Source of the DNA: a virus
Taxonomy: Duplodnaviria > Caudoviricetes
DNA: 64,000 nt
Reading direction: 5' to 3' (one strand)
IMG/VR virus record: IMGVR_UViG_3300014204_013734
Location: 160,001 to 224,000 of that record
Below the pieces are notes generated by a model. The model was not told the DNA's origin. It ran no database searches and saw nothing but the letters and a program-made list of their open reading frames with translations. Shown here one piece after another: positions 1 to 9,357 of the stretch (position 1 is the first letter of the stretch; the number at the start of each line of letters is the position of its first letter). The translations under genes were made by a program, and so were the position numbers.

Positions 1-2
1 CT

Positions 3-431
3 CTGAAACCGTCGTCAGCCGAAACCAACGAAAACGTGGTTAAAGAAGCCCGTACCGCCAAGTTGGCGATTCGTGTTTACAAGGCTGGTTTGAAGGCCCT
101 TGTCAAGAAGTCAACCAACGGGGCGGATCTGTTGGATTCCGTTGCTGCATTCAATCAACAGGCAGGAATTGATATCCCCGTTGACGTTTACCGGACGGCA
201 TTGGCTGTAGGTCCTTCTTCTGACCATGAGTCTATCGATTCGTTCCTGGATAAATGTTCACAGTGTTTGGGACGGTGTCCCGACATCAGTGAATCAAAAA
301 CTCTGGTGAAGTTGTGCAAGTTGCTTTCGCAAGGACAACCTTTGTGGAAAGCGGATTCCAGTGGAAGCCCCCTAAATCAGGGGACGCGTCAAGCGGTTCG
401 AAACAAACCCGATTGGAGGAACGTGAAATGA
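3..431 (+). CDS. 3' part of a gene truncated by the window start (head-morphogenesis region, function unknown)
   Basis: Frame is open from base 3 to the TGA at 429-431, which overlaps the next ATG (ATGA). Confidence 0.6.
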   Translation: MKPSSAETNENVVKEARTAKLAIRVYKAGLKALVKKSTNGADLLDSVAAFNQQAGIDIPVDVYRTALAVGPSSDHESIDSFLDKCSQCLGRCPDISESKTLVKLCKLLSQGQPLWKADSSGSPLNQGTRQAVRNKPDWRNVK

Positions 432-1906
432 AGAATACTCGTGAACGCATGACGTGGCAGGCGGCTGGCCGGAAGGCTTCCGCCCCGCCCGCAACCCCGG
501 GTTACGGGAAAGAAGATCAGGATCACCCGGCTCACCTGCCGGATCCCGACGCCAAAAAGTACGAAAACGGTGACACGTCTTCGTGGGCGGAAGATCCCCA
601 TCAACCCCCGTACCCACAGGGCAACCCGCCCAGTACGCCGGGTTACGACGTCGAAGACAAGGATCATCCGGCTCACATCGACCTGCCTCGTGTGCCGAAG
701 GAAGCCCGTGCCCTGGCTGCTGCGCAGCGCAAGGCTGCCAAGTGCATCCGGGTCGCAGAACTTATCCTTCAGAACGTGCCCGGCAAGACGGCGGAAATGG
801 TTGAAGATCAGGCATTGGATCTGATGAACCTTCCGGATTCCGGCGTTGAAGCGACTTTCGGTCGGATTAGTGGTGGATTCTTGGCGGAAGACGAGTCTTT
901 TGACGAATTGGACGAACTGCTCGCTGATGACGAAGAAGATGCGGCGCCAGTGGAAGAGTCCCCGAAGACCGCCATGGAAGACATTCTCTTGGCCGTCAAG
1001 AAGTTGTCGGAAGATGTGAACGAGCTCAAGACTGGTAAGCGTGCCGATCAGAACGACCCGAAGGGTCCTACGTTGGCGCCGAAGCCCAAGACTGAAGAAG
1101 AAGCCCGCAAGCCCGAAGTCACCGCTGCTGATAGCGATCCGGTCATCAAGGAATTTGACACCTACGACACCAGTAAGACCGGGTTCCTGATGTCCGATGA
1201 ATGGAAGGGCAGCAGGGCGGTTTTTGCGGCTCTTGACACTGACAAGGACGGCATCATTGCCCGTTGCGACCTCGTTAAGATGGCGTGTGGCTGTGACGAA
1301 ACGGTTCCCATGATGGCGAATGAACTGGATACGGAAGAAGAGGCTCTTCTGGCCGAGTTTAACCTGGAAGACGTTCCCGTGACGGCAGAAGAAATTCCTG
1401 CTGAGGAACCGGTTCCAACGGTTTCCTGCGACCAAATGGCGGAAGAAGACACTTTGGAAGACATCACTTTGGCCGAAGATGCCCAAGACCCCATGGGTCT
1501 CGCTGACGAACCGGAAATGACGGAAGACTTGGCGCTTCTGGCTGAGATTCTTGGCGGCAAGGTTGCCAAGAAGGCCGAAGACGAGGAAGAGAACGACGAA
1601 GCTGAAACTGACGACGAAGAAGAACCGGTGAAAGAAGGCGGCAAGGGCAAGAAGGCCACCAAGAAGTCCGAAGACGAAGCTGACGATGAAGCTAAGACGG
1701 ACGACGAAGAGAAAGAAGAAGAACCGGTGAAAGAAGGCGGCAAGAAAGCTGCTGTCCGTGTTGCTTCTCGGCGCCCACAGCCCCGCAAGGTCAGTGCCGG
1801 TGTCAAGTCGGTAGGCAGCGTTCCGAAAGTCCATACTGACGAAATCAAGGAACTGTCCAAGCTTTGGGAGAGTTCTCCTGATGTCAGTGGGGCCTTCAAC
1901 GGCTGA
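428..1906 (+). CDS. Acidic scaffold-like prohead protein with an EF-hand pair
   Basis: ATG at 428 is coupled to the upstream stop. Very D/E/K-rich, low complexity, directly upstream of the decoration and capsid genes. EF-hand loops DTSKTGFLMSDE and DTDKDGIIARCD. Confidence 0.65.
   Translation: MKNTRERMTWQAAGRKASAPPATPGYGKEDQDHPAHLPDPDAKKYENGDTSSWAEDPHQPPYPQGNPPSTPGYDVEDKDHPAHIDLPRVPKEARALAAAQRKAAKCIRVAELILQNVPGKTAEMVEDQALDLMNLPDSGVEATFGRISGGFLAEDESFDELDELLADDEEDAAPVEESPKTAMEDILLAVKKLSEDVNELKTGKRADQNDPKGPTLAPKPKTEEEARKPEVTAADSDPVIKEFDTYDTSKTGFLMSDEWKGSRAVFAALDTDKDGIIARCDLVKMACGCDETVPMMANELDTEEEALLAEFNLEDVPVTAEEIPAEEPVPTVSCDQMAEEDTLEDITLAEDAQDPMGLADEPEMTEDLALLAEILGGKVAKKAEDEEENDEAETDDEEEPVKEGGKGKKATKKSEDEADDEAKTDDEEKEEEPVKEGGKKAAVRVASRRPQPRKVSAGVKSVGSVPKVHTDEIKELSKLWESSPDVSGAFNG
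1598..1744 (+). repeat. Intragenic direct repeat (EA-TDDEE..EPVKEGGK x2)
   Basis: gaagaagaaccggtgaaagaaggcggcaag occurs twice, about 100 nt apart. Confidence 0.85.
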
Positions 1907-1917
1907 AAACTATTCCG

Positions 1918-1942
1918 TCCGGGACCCTGACGGGGTCCCGGA
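1918..1942 (+). terminator. GC-rich hairpin after the scaffold gene (terminator or processing stem)
   Basis: tccgggaccc-tgacg-gggtcccgga; no clean U-tract. Confidence 0.45.
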
Positions 1943-2123
1943 TGTGATTGTTCTTTGATGAATACACGAAGATGATTCCACGGATGCCTGGCGAGAGGCG
2001 GAAGTGGCGTGGCCCTTTGACCCATGGGACACGTAAAATGGACGGGATTTCCCCGCCAAGTCTAGCTGACGGGTTTAGCAACCACCTGTGAACCTGTAAA
2101 CAGGAAGACGAAGGAGGCACATC

Positions 2124-2822
2124 ATGCCACTCGGACTCGGACAGGCTTCTGGCGGTTGGACGGAAAGTTCTTCGGCACTCAGGATTTTGTATGTTGGTGT
2201 TCGTAACACCCTGAGTCTGCTGACGACTGACGCGTTCAGCCAAACAAACCCCCCGGCAGTTGCGACGAACGTGTCTGCCAAGGTCGACATCACGCTTCAC
2301 GGCGTTCTGTCGGGTTCGGTCGCGTTCACGCGTCCTGACACGGGGTCGGACTACATTGGCGGCCCCGGCTCGGCGGCTGTCCAGGCGGCCATTCAGGCCA
2401 ACGTAGCGCAAGCTATCGGTTATCGTGTTCTCGGCGTGTTCGAGAATTCGGCGGCCGGTAATGCCTACGAAAACACCCCTGGCGTCGCCAGTGGGCGTGG
2501 CCCCCATGTCACGGCAATGGGTTCGTTCGGCAACAAGCTGTACGAAACCGCCCTCATTGGGGATGCTGTTGGTGGCGACCCGGCTGCGGGCGCTGCGATC
2601 ACCTACGTGATGGGCATCGGGCTCATTGCGTCCCGTAACGGTTACCTCACTCCGAATCAGCAACTGAATGCAGCCGGTGCGGCCATCATCTCCTGCGACG
2701 ATGTCACCATCTCCGCAGAAGCGTACTGCCGCAACACGGACAACATCTCCACGTTGATCGGTGTCGTGAAAATGGTCCCCGATGCAACGCAAACGGAGCT
2801 GGTCTATGACCAGCGGATCTAA
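2124..2822 (+). CDS. Probable head decoration/cement protein
   Basis: Strong AAGGAGG RBS; Ala/Gly/Thr-rich; lies between the scaffold and major capsid genes. Confidence 0.55.
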   Translation: MPLGLGQASGGWTESSSALRILYVGVRNTLSLLTTDAFSQTNPPAVATNVSAKVDITLHGVLSGSVAFTRPDTGSDYIGGPGSAAVQAAIQANVAQAIGYRVLGVFENSAAGNAYENTPGVASGRGPHVTAMGSFGNKLYETALIGDAVGGDPAAGAAITYVMGIGLIASRNGYLTPNQQLNAAGAAIISCDDVTISAEAYCRNTDNISTLIGVVKMVPDATQTELVYDQRI

Positions 2823-2832
2823 GGAGGGAGCC

Positions 2833-3717
2833 ATGACACAAACCAATCAAGTTGACAATGCCGTTCGGCAGCGCATCATCGGCGACCTTATCAAGACCCC
2901 TGCGGGTCGTGCAAAGCTTGCCGCTTCCATGACGCAACCTCTCCGTACCCGTCGTGACTATGCCGCGGTCGGTCGTAAGACCTTCCTCGTCGAACAGCTC
3001 CCCGACGGTGCTCTCCCGATCTACGACAAAGACCCGGACATCACGGCTTTTGTCGTGGGTGAAGAAGGTCAGAACATTCTGGCCGTCACGAAACCTCGGC
3101 GCGTGATTTTCCCGTTGTTCGAAATTGCTTCGAACCCGGAAATCCCGCTCACCCAAATCAAGGAACGTCGGTTCGACCTCATCGAACGGTCCCAGAACTT
3201 GGCTCGCGCCCAGATTCAGGCCGCTGAAGATGAGAGGACCTTTGCGGTTCTTGACAGCATCGCAACCTTCGGTTTTGACAGCCTTGCTGGACAGTTGAAC
3301 CCGGACATCCCGGTTGTGGCCCCAATCAGCTCTGCCGTCCTCGCCGACGCATTCAGCTTGGTTGAACGTCAGGACCTCCGTGTTGCTCGCGTTTACATGA
3401 ACGCCCGTGACTACGCTGACCTGCGTAAGTTCGGCCGTGACATCCTGGACATCGAATCCCAGGCGACTTTGCTGAAGACCGGTCTCATGGCGACCCTCTG
3501 GGGTGCCCAGGTCGTGACCAGCCGTCTCGTGCCCGTCGGCACGGTGTACGTTTGTTGCGAGCCGGAACACTTCGGTCGCATTCCAGTCCGTACGGAATTG
3601 ACGGTCCTGTCTGCTGACGACCCGAAAGCCCGTACAATTGGTTTCTCATGCTTCGAGAATTTAGGCATAGGCGCTTTCAACCCGCGTGGTCTGGCCCGTC
3701 TGACCATCACCCGCTAA
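2833..3717 (+). CDS. Major capsid protein (HK97 fold)
   Basis: AAGGAGGGAG RBS. Capsid-like segments GRAKLAASMTQPLRTRRDY, FEIASNPEI, IQAAEDER, VYMNARDYADLRK, LWGAQVVTSRLVPVGTVY. Followed by a strong terminator. Confidence 0.85.
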   Translation: MTQTNQVDNAVRQRIIGDLIKTPAGRAKLAASMTQPLRTRRDYAAVGRKTFLVEQLPDGALPIYDKDPDITAFVVGEEGQNILAVTKPRRVIFPLFEIASNPEIPLTQIKERRFDLIERSQNLARAQIQAAEDERTFAVLDSIATFGFDSLAGQLNPDIPVVAPISSAVLADAFSLVERQDLRVARVYMNARDYADLRKFGRDILDIESQATLLKTGLMATLWGAQVVTSRLVPVGTVYVCCEPEHFGRIPVRTELTVLSADDPKARTIGFSCFENLGIGAFNPRGLARLTITR

Positions 3718-3738
3718 GCTGTCTGCGTTTCTGCAAAC

Positions 3739-3776
3739 AAAAAGATCCCTGTGGCGAAAGTCGCAGGGATCTTTTT
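3739..3776 (+). terminator. Rho-independent terminator
   Basis: aaaagatccctgtggc-gaaa-gtcgcagggatcttttt. Confidence 0.9.
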
Positions 3777-3904
3777 GTTTGTTTTACTTGTTGCTTTGGT
3801 AGTCTGCTTTTTTGTACTAGAATTGCATTTTACCTGTATCCTTTCTTGTACTTCTGTGGTATCATGTTTTAGGTGGCTTATTGTTTTTTGAGAAAGGTTA
3901 GGTC

Positions 3905-6622
3905 GTGTTGACAAAACAGGAATTGATGGGTTTCATTAGACAAGGGATGTTGGACAAAGAAATAGGATTAGCTTGTGGCGTTACGGACGTCACGGTAGGT
4001 AATTGGCGGGACTTTTATGGTTTGAAGACGTTGTCTGTTGATGATCGGCGCGTTTTGCAGGGTTTTCCTTCTTTTGAAGCTGTCACCAAGGATCAGATGC
4101 TTGCACACTTGGTTTCGGGCAAATCCTTGAAGCAGATTGCAGACCTTCACGGGGTGTCTGTTTTTCCCGTGAAGCAGAAGCTGAAGAAATTCGGGTTGGG
4201 TGTCAGGCAGAAATGGCATTATCAAGGGTGTGATGTACTTTCGGATTCTTTGCGTCGTTTGCTGGTTGGTGTTTTGTTGGGGGATGGTACTGTAGGTTAT
4301 GTTGAAGGAGGGGAAACTTCAAGATTCAAGGTAGGTCATAGTCACAAACAGTATACTTACCTCAAGTCTTTGCATGCCAAAATGGGGAAATGGGCACGAC
4401 CGATCAAAGGGTCTGTGTCTTTCAAGTATGGGAAGAAACGATTTAGTTATTGGTTCACGACCATTAATCACCAGGAATTCAGGAAGCTTCGCAAAGAATT
4501 TTACAGGGACGATTTATATGGGACCGTTCCGAACGACTGGTTGAAAGCACCCCCGTTGGAAGTATTTCGTACCTTGCACGATGAATCTTTAGCTTACTGG
4601 TATTTTGATGATGGGGCTTTGGGAACTTCGGACGAAAGCGTTTCTTTGGCGGTGTTCTTTCCGTTGCTTGACATGGATGCCGTTGTAGAAGCCTTGCGTG
4701 TCGGAACGGGTTTGCATTGGAGAAAAAAAGAATGTTCAGGTCATTTTTATAAGGTGTTTTTGGAAGCGGCAGACAAAGAAGCTTTCTTTTCTCGCATCGT
4801 ACAATATGCAACCCAGGATATGGCCTACAAATTCCCGGAAAAATGGTGGAAAGACATAGAAGGATTTTGTATTATTCCTGACGGAATTAGCAATCTTTCG
4901 GAAGAAATATTGTACCACTATCCTGTCACGGAATGGAAGAAGTTGGAAGCGGATGATCAGAAACGTTGGGTGAATGAAGTATTCACCATTTACAGGGCGA
5001 CGGGATTCCCTTTCTCTAAGGTGCTATCAAAAGAAGAAACCCTTGCTACCGTTTTAAGGCTTGCACGGCATAAGGAATTTGTGGATGACGGACATCCTTT
5101 TATTCGTTCCATCGTGGGTCTTTCTTTGTGTAATGGATATATGCCACACAGATTCCAAGTGGTAGTTGGGGGCAAGAGTGCATGGGACACTTTCCACGAT
5201 GATGTTGCTTTCAAGAAAGTGCTTTGGACGCAGTTCAGGATGGCAGGAAGCCGGTGGGTTGGGCCTAAGAATATAAGAGGGGCTTTGTCCGTGTACGGAG
5301 GAAATCGGACACCTTCTAATTTTAGGCCCTCCGCAGTCAAGGCATTGGTGGACCGTTTCTGTTTACCTAGCGGGGTGGTGTGGGATCCTTGTGCGGGTTT
5401 TGGGGGTCGTCTGTTGGGAGCTGTCTGTTCGGACATGAACGTAACTTATATCGGTACGGAACCTTCCCCTCAAACGGTGACTGGTCTTGAAAGGTTGTGG
5501 AAATCAGTTTCTTCTTCAATGGGGTGGCAAAAGGATAGGGTTCGTTTGATTCAAGGGGTAGCAGAAAAAGATTGTCCTGACCCTGATTCTGTGGACTTCG
5601 TTTTCACGTCCCCTCCTTACTTTGACAATGAACGTTATGTAGGAGGACGACAATCTTATTTGTACGACACCTACGTCTCTTGGGTTGAAAGCTTTTTGGG
5701 ACCTTTGGTAGGCAATGCCTATTCTTGTTTGCGGTCTGGGGGTTTTCTGGCAATCAATATTCAAGACATAAAGATGAACGGAAAAACGCTTCCTTTGGTA
5801 GAAGATTTGGATGGGGAAGTTAGGAAAAAGGGCTTCAAGAGGTTCATTCGTTGTTGGTACCCTCTCAGTTTTTTTGGGGGGCAACGCCCTGATGAACCGA
5901 TCCTTATTTATTGGAAACCCTTAGAAAGTATGGATTATGAAGAACCTTCATGGGATTTCGGGGTGAAAAACACCACGTCTGGAAGACATACGGTGTCCAT
6001 TGAAAACGCTTTTTTGCGAAAACGATCCGCCTGTAGCAGGTGCGGAATTCCTTTGGAAGGTCCTACGCGTCAGGTTCGGCATTGCCCTTCTTGTAAGAAA
6101 GAACTTAACGCGGAAAGGGCTCAAACCAAACGAAATTCCTTCAGGGAAGTTCACCCTATCAAGGGATGTCGCACTTTTACCTGCAAACAGTGTGGTTCTT
6201 CTTGGGAAACCTTTGAACTTGGGAATTTTTCTATTTGTCCTTCATGCCGGGAAAAGGAAGCTTTAGCTAAAAGGTCCAAAATCTGTGTCTACCGAAATTG
6301 CGGAAAATCTTTTGTAGACAATAGTTTAAAGAATTCCATGTCTTATTGTTGTTCAGAATGCCAGCGTCGGGAGAAATTGTTTCGATCAGGGAAGGTAACG
6401 GACGAATCCCATTTTCGGGTCAAGGGTAGTCCCAGGGTTCGTACTTGTATGGTTTGCCAAGGGGTTTTCATCCTTGAAAGCGGGGAGGGGAACAATAATC
6501 GGTGTCCAGTTTGTCGTGAAAGGGCTCGGGACAAGAAATGCCGGAAGTGTGGTGTTGGTTTCCGTGATGGTAGCCTGAAGAATACGGTAAAGTTCTGTCC
6601 TGATTGTCGGAAGGGTCCCTGA
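3905..6622 (+). CDS. HTH + LAGLIDADG endonuclease + amino-DNA methyltransferase + Cys-rich Zn-finger fusion
   Basis: LLVGVLLGDG and LAYWYFDDG (two-motif LAGLIDADG); WDPCAGFGGRLLGA (SAM binding) and FTSPPYF (catalytic); more than 8 CxxC pairs at the C-terminus. Confidence 0.8.
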   Translation: MLTKQELMGFIRQGMLDKEIGLACGVTDVTVGNWRDFYGLKTLSVDDRRVLQGFPSFEAVTKDQMLAHLVSGKSLKQIADLHGVSVFPVKQKLKKFGLGVRQKWHYQGCDVLSDSLRRLLVGVLLGDGTVGYVEGGETSRFKVGHSHKQYTYLKSLHAKMGKWARPIKGSVSFKYGKKRFSYWFTTINHQEFRKLRKEFYRDDLYGTVPNDWLKAPPLEVFRTLHDESLAYWYFDDGALGTSDESVSLAVFFPLLDMDAVVEALRVGTGLHWRKKECSGHFYKVFLEAADKEAFFSRIVQYATQDMAYKFPEKWWKDIEGFCIIPDGISNLSEEILYHYPVTEWKKLEADDQKRWVNEVFTIYRATGFPFSKVLSKEETLATVLRLARHKEFVDDGHPFIRSIVGLSLCNGYMPHRFQVVVGGKSAWDTFHDDVAFKKVLWTQFRMAGSRWVGPKNIRGALSVYGGNRTPSNFRPSAVKALVDRFCLPSGVVWDPCAGFGGRLLGAVCSDMNVTYIGTEPSPQTVTGLERLWKSVSSSMGWQKDRVRLIQGVAEKDCPDPDSVDFVFTSPPYFDNERYVGGRQSYLYDTYVSWVESFLGPLVGNAYSCLRSGGFLAINIQDIKMNGKTLPLVEDLDGEVRKKGFKRFIRCWYPLSFFGGQRPDEPILIYWKPLESMDYEEPSWDFGVKNTTSGRHTVSIENAFLRKRSACSRCGIPLEGPTRQVRHCPSCKKELNAERAQTKRNSFREVHPIKGCRTFTCKQCGSSWETFELGNFSICPSCREKEALAKRSKICVYRNCGKSFVDNSLKNSMSYCCSECQRREKLFRSGKVTDESHFRVKGSPRVRTCMVCQGVFILESGEGNNNRCPVCRERARDKKCRKCGVGFRDGSLKNTVKFCPDCRKGP

Positions 6623-6710
6623 CAAAGATCCCGATTTTCCTTTGATGGTTTGTATTTTCGGGTAAACCTTGCCGGAGGTTAACCGGTTTCGTCAAACAAA
6701 GGAGGTTTCC

Positions 6711-7070
6711 ATGTCTAAGACTTACGAAATGTTTCTTCCGTACTTCAAAAAGGGTGACGATTTTGGGAGTTACCTGGATGACGCCAAAGGGGACATCCAA
6801 GTGGCGGCTGAAAATCACGCCTTGGCTATGGATGCGGCTGCCAAGCAGCTCCGGGATTTTGCTGCTGGCGTCAAGGGTGTTGAAGGCGTGACGGTTGAAG
6901 CCGATACCCACATGATCTTGGTCAATGGCCCTGAAGAGGTTCTGGACGGTTTGGTTGCAAAGGAGGTTCTGGCCGTTGTTGACTGGTTGGATGAGGAAGA
7001 AGAAGAGGAAGAAGGGGACGTGGAAGAGTTACTGGAAGAATTAGATGGGGAAGACGGTGAAGAAGTCTGA
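6711..7070 (+). CDS. Small protein with poly-acidic tail
   Basis: AAGGAGG RBS; C-terminal E/D tract. Confidence 0.75.
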   Translation: MSKTYEMFLPYFKKGDDFGSYLDDAKGDIQVAAENHALAMDAAAKQLRDFAAGVKGVEGVTVEADTHMILVNGPEEVLDGLVAKEVLAVVDWLDEEEEEEEGDVEELLEELDGEDGEEV

Positions 7071-7090
7071 TCTTTCCTGTTTTTGAAATG

Positions 7091-7128
7091 GGAAAAGCCC
7101 GACCAGGAAAACCGGGTCGGGCTTTTCC
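7091..7128 (+). terminator. Stem-loop terminator (possibly bidirectional)
   Basis: ggaaaagcccgacc ... ggtcgggcttttcc. Confidence 0.75.
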
Positions 7129-7201
7129 GTTTGTCCATTTATCAGAAAGATTGGTGTGGAAACGACAGGTGTTTCCATGCAATTAAAGGGAAGGAACCCC
7201 T

Positions 7202-8524
7202 ATGACCGCCAAGGACATTTTAGAAACTTTGAAAGAGAACAAGGTACGTTACCTTCGCCTGTGGTTCTCTGATATTTTGGGCCACAACAAGAACGTAGAA
7301 GTTCCAGAAAGCCAGTTTGAAAAGGCACTGGATGGCCAAATACTCTTTGACGGTTCCTCAATTGAGGGTTTCGCCCGCATTGAGGAGTCCGACATGCTGT
7401 TGCGCCCTGACTTTGCTACCTTCTGCATCTTTCCGTGGGAGGAACGTGGGGGCAAGGTAGCACGTCTTATTTGTGACGTGTTCCATCCAGACGGCACCCC
7501 TTTTGAAGGGTGTCCCCGGACCGTCCTGAAACGGGTTTGTGAGAAGGCATTGAAACTCGGCTATGTTATGATGGCCGGCCCCGAAGCCGAGTTCTTCCTC
7601 TTTGAACGCACTGTGGGTTCGTCTGTTCCTAAAACACATGACGTCGGCAGTTATTTTGACCTGACCCCAGTGGACCGGGCCGAAGATGCACGTCGGGACA
7701 TTGTGTCGGTCCTGGAGACCATCGGCTTTGAAGTCGAGGCGGCCCATCACGAAGTGGCCTTCGGCCAGCACGAGATTGATTTCCGTTACGCTGAGGCACT
7801 CAAAACTGCTGACAACGTGGCGACCTTCCGGTTTGTCGTGCGTAAAGTAGCTCTTGATCATCACTTGCTCGCCACCTTCATGCCCAAACCCATCTTTGGT
7901 ATCAACGGTTCCGGCATGCACGTCCATCAGAGCCTTTTCACACAGGAAGGCAAAAATGCCTTCTATGACGCCGATGCCAAGTACCAGATCTCTGAAACGG
8001 GGCTTTCATACATTGGCGGTCTGCTTGCCCATGCCCGTGGGTTCTGTGCTGTCACGAATCCGCTTGTGAACTCGTACAAACGCCTTGTGCCGGGCTACGA
8101 GGCGCCTACGCACATCGCATGGTCCGAACGCAACAGGTCCCCGCTTGTTCGTGTCCCGGCTCGCCGTGGTGTGGGCACGCGTGCTGAGCTGCGCATGCCC
8201 GACCCCTCCTGTAACCCCTATCTTGCCATGGCCGTGACGTTGGCGGCCGGGCTTGACGGCATTGAGAAACACCTTGACCCTGGCCCTCCGGTGAATCAGA
8301 ACATTTATACGATGAGCCCGCAGGAACGTGCAAGGCTCAAAATAAGTTCCTTGCCCGGGGATCTGGGAGAAGCCGTGGAAGCGATGCAGAAAGACGATTT
8401 GGTACGGGAAGCTTTAGGAGACCACGTTTTCCAGCATTTCATTGCCGCCAAGACGCAGGAATGGCAGGAATACATTGCACAGGTCCATCCCTGGGAGGTG
8501 GAACGGTATCTCTCGGCTTATTGA
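7202..8524 (+). CDS. glnA: Glutamine synthetase type I
   Basis: FDGSSIEGF, GPEAEFFLF, HHEVAFGQHEIDF, ATFMPKP..GINGSGMHVHQSL, NSYKRLVPGYEAP, NRSPLVRVP, ELRMPDPSCNPYLA. Confidence 0.97.
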   Translation: MTAKDILETLKENKVRYLRLWFSDILGHNKNVEVPESQFEKALDGQILFDGSSIEGFARIEESDMLLRPDFATFCIFPWEERGGKVARLICDVFHPDGTPFEGCPRTVLKRVCEKALKLGYVMMAGPEAEFFLFERTVGSSVPKTHDVGSYFDLTPVDRAEDARRDIVSVLETIGFEVEAAHHEVAFGQHEIDFRYAEALKTADNVATFRFVVRKVALDHHLLATFMPKPIFGINGSGMHVHQSLFTQEGKNAFYDADAKYQISETGLSYIGGLLAHARGFCAVTNPLVNSYKRLVPGYEAPTHIAWSERNRSPLVRVPARRGVGTRAELRMPDPSCNPYLAMAVTLAAGLDGIEKHLDPGPPVNQNIYTMSPQERARLKISSLPGDLGEAVEAMQKDDLVREALGDHVFQHFIAAKTQEWQEYIAQVHPWEVERYLSAY

Positions 8525-8651
8525 CGCCAAGTTCCGTTTATTTCATCAGGGCATTTGGTTTTCTGGTTATGAAATTCCTTTATTGTGTTTTTTGAGTTTT
8601 GGGTGTGTAAAAGGTCCTTCCAGGACTCTGTAAGCGGGGATCGTATGGACG

Positions 8652-9053
8652 ATGACGACAACAGTTGGAACGAAAGGACGACACGTCCTTGCGGAATACT
8701 GGGGTTGCAATCCCTTGGTTCTCGCAAACAAGGACGTGATCAAGATACGCATGGAAGAGGCTGCTTTGGCGGCGAGGGCTACCATTGTCGCGTCGGTCTT
8801 CCATCAGTTCACCCCTTCCGGGGTGTCCGGCGTAGTAGTCGTGGCTGAATCCCACCTTTCTATCCACACATGGCCTGAAGAGGGATATGCTTCAGCGGAT
8901 TTTTACACCTGTGGGGATTGCGAACCTGAACGTGCTTTGGAATTTCTTCAGAATGCCTTTGGGGCTTCACGCATCCATTTCTTGGTTGTTGATCGGGGTC
9001 TTAAAGACCAGACCCCTAGTTTCAGAGTAATTGGAAATAAGTTGAATGGTTGA
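8652..9053 (+). CDS. speD: S-adenosylmethionine decarboxylase proenzyme (pyruvoyl, SpeD/SpeH class)
   Basis: GRHVLAEYWGC, HQFTPSGVSGVVVVAE|SHLSIHTWPE, ADFYTCG. Confidence 0.93.
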   Translation: MTTTVGTKGRHVLAEYWGCNPLVLANKDVIKIRMEEAALAARATIVASVFHQFTPSGVSGVVVVAESHLSIHTWPEEGYASADFYTCGDCEPERALEFLQNAFGASRIHFLVVDRGLKDQTPSFRVIGNKLNG

Positions 9054-9270
9054 ACTTGACGAAACAGCCGTTGATATACACCCTTACGCAAACGCGTTTC
9101 GTGTTGTTGAAGCGGAACCCGGTTCTTCCGAATGTTTCTTAGATTTCCTTTTTTTGTCCCCGGAAGAAGACCGAGCTTCTGTGGTGTCTAGAATCAGGGT
9201 CCGTAATGGATTCCTTCCAACCATTAAAACACGTCTCACATTTGCCTTGGATGGTTTTCTTTTTCCGTAA
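9046..9270 (+). CDS. Small DUF3467-like protein
   Basis: YANAFRV...ECFLDF...VVSRIRV pattern; paralog at 17085. Confidence 0.5.
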   Translation: MVELDETAVDIHPYANAFRVVEAEPGSSECFLDFLFLSPEEDRASVVSRIRVRNGFLPTIKTRLTFALDGFLFP

Positions 9271-9357
9271 CAAATAAAAATTCTGCGGTATGGTGAAACT
9301 TGTAATTGTATCCGGCATTCCTGCCGGGTCCTGAAAACTTTTTTGGAGGATGACCAC

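Noticed and set aside
389-3710. Long minus-strand ORFs (389-1834, 1162-2025, 1896-2846, 2704-3570) and similar ones at 14284-15522, 33380-34309 and 39780-41468
   Set aside because: Antisense shadows of strongly biased + strand genes, with no RBS or recognisable motifs
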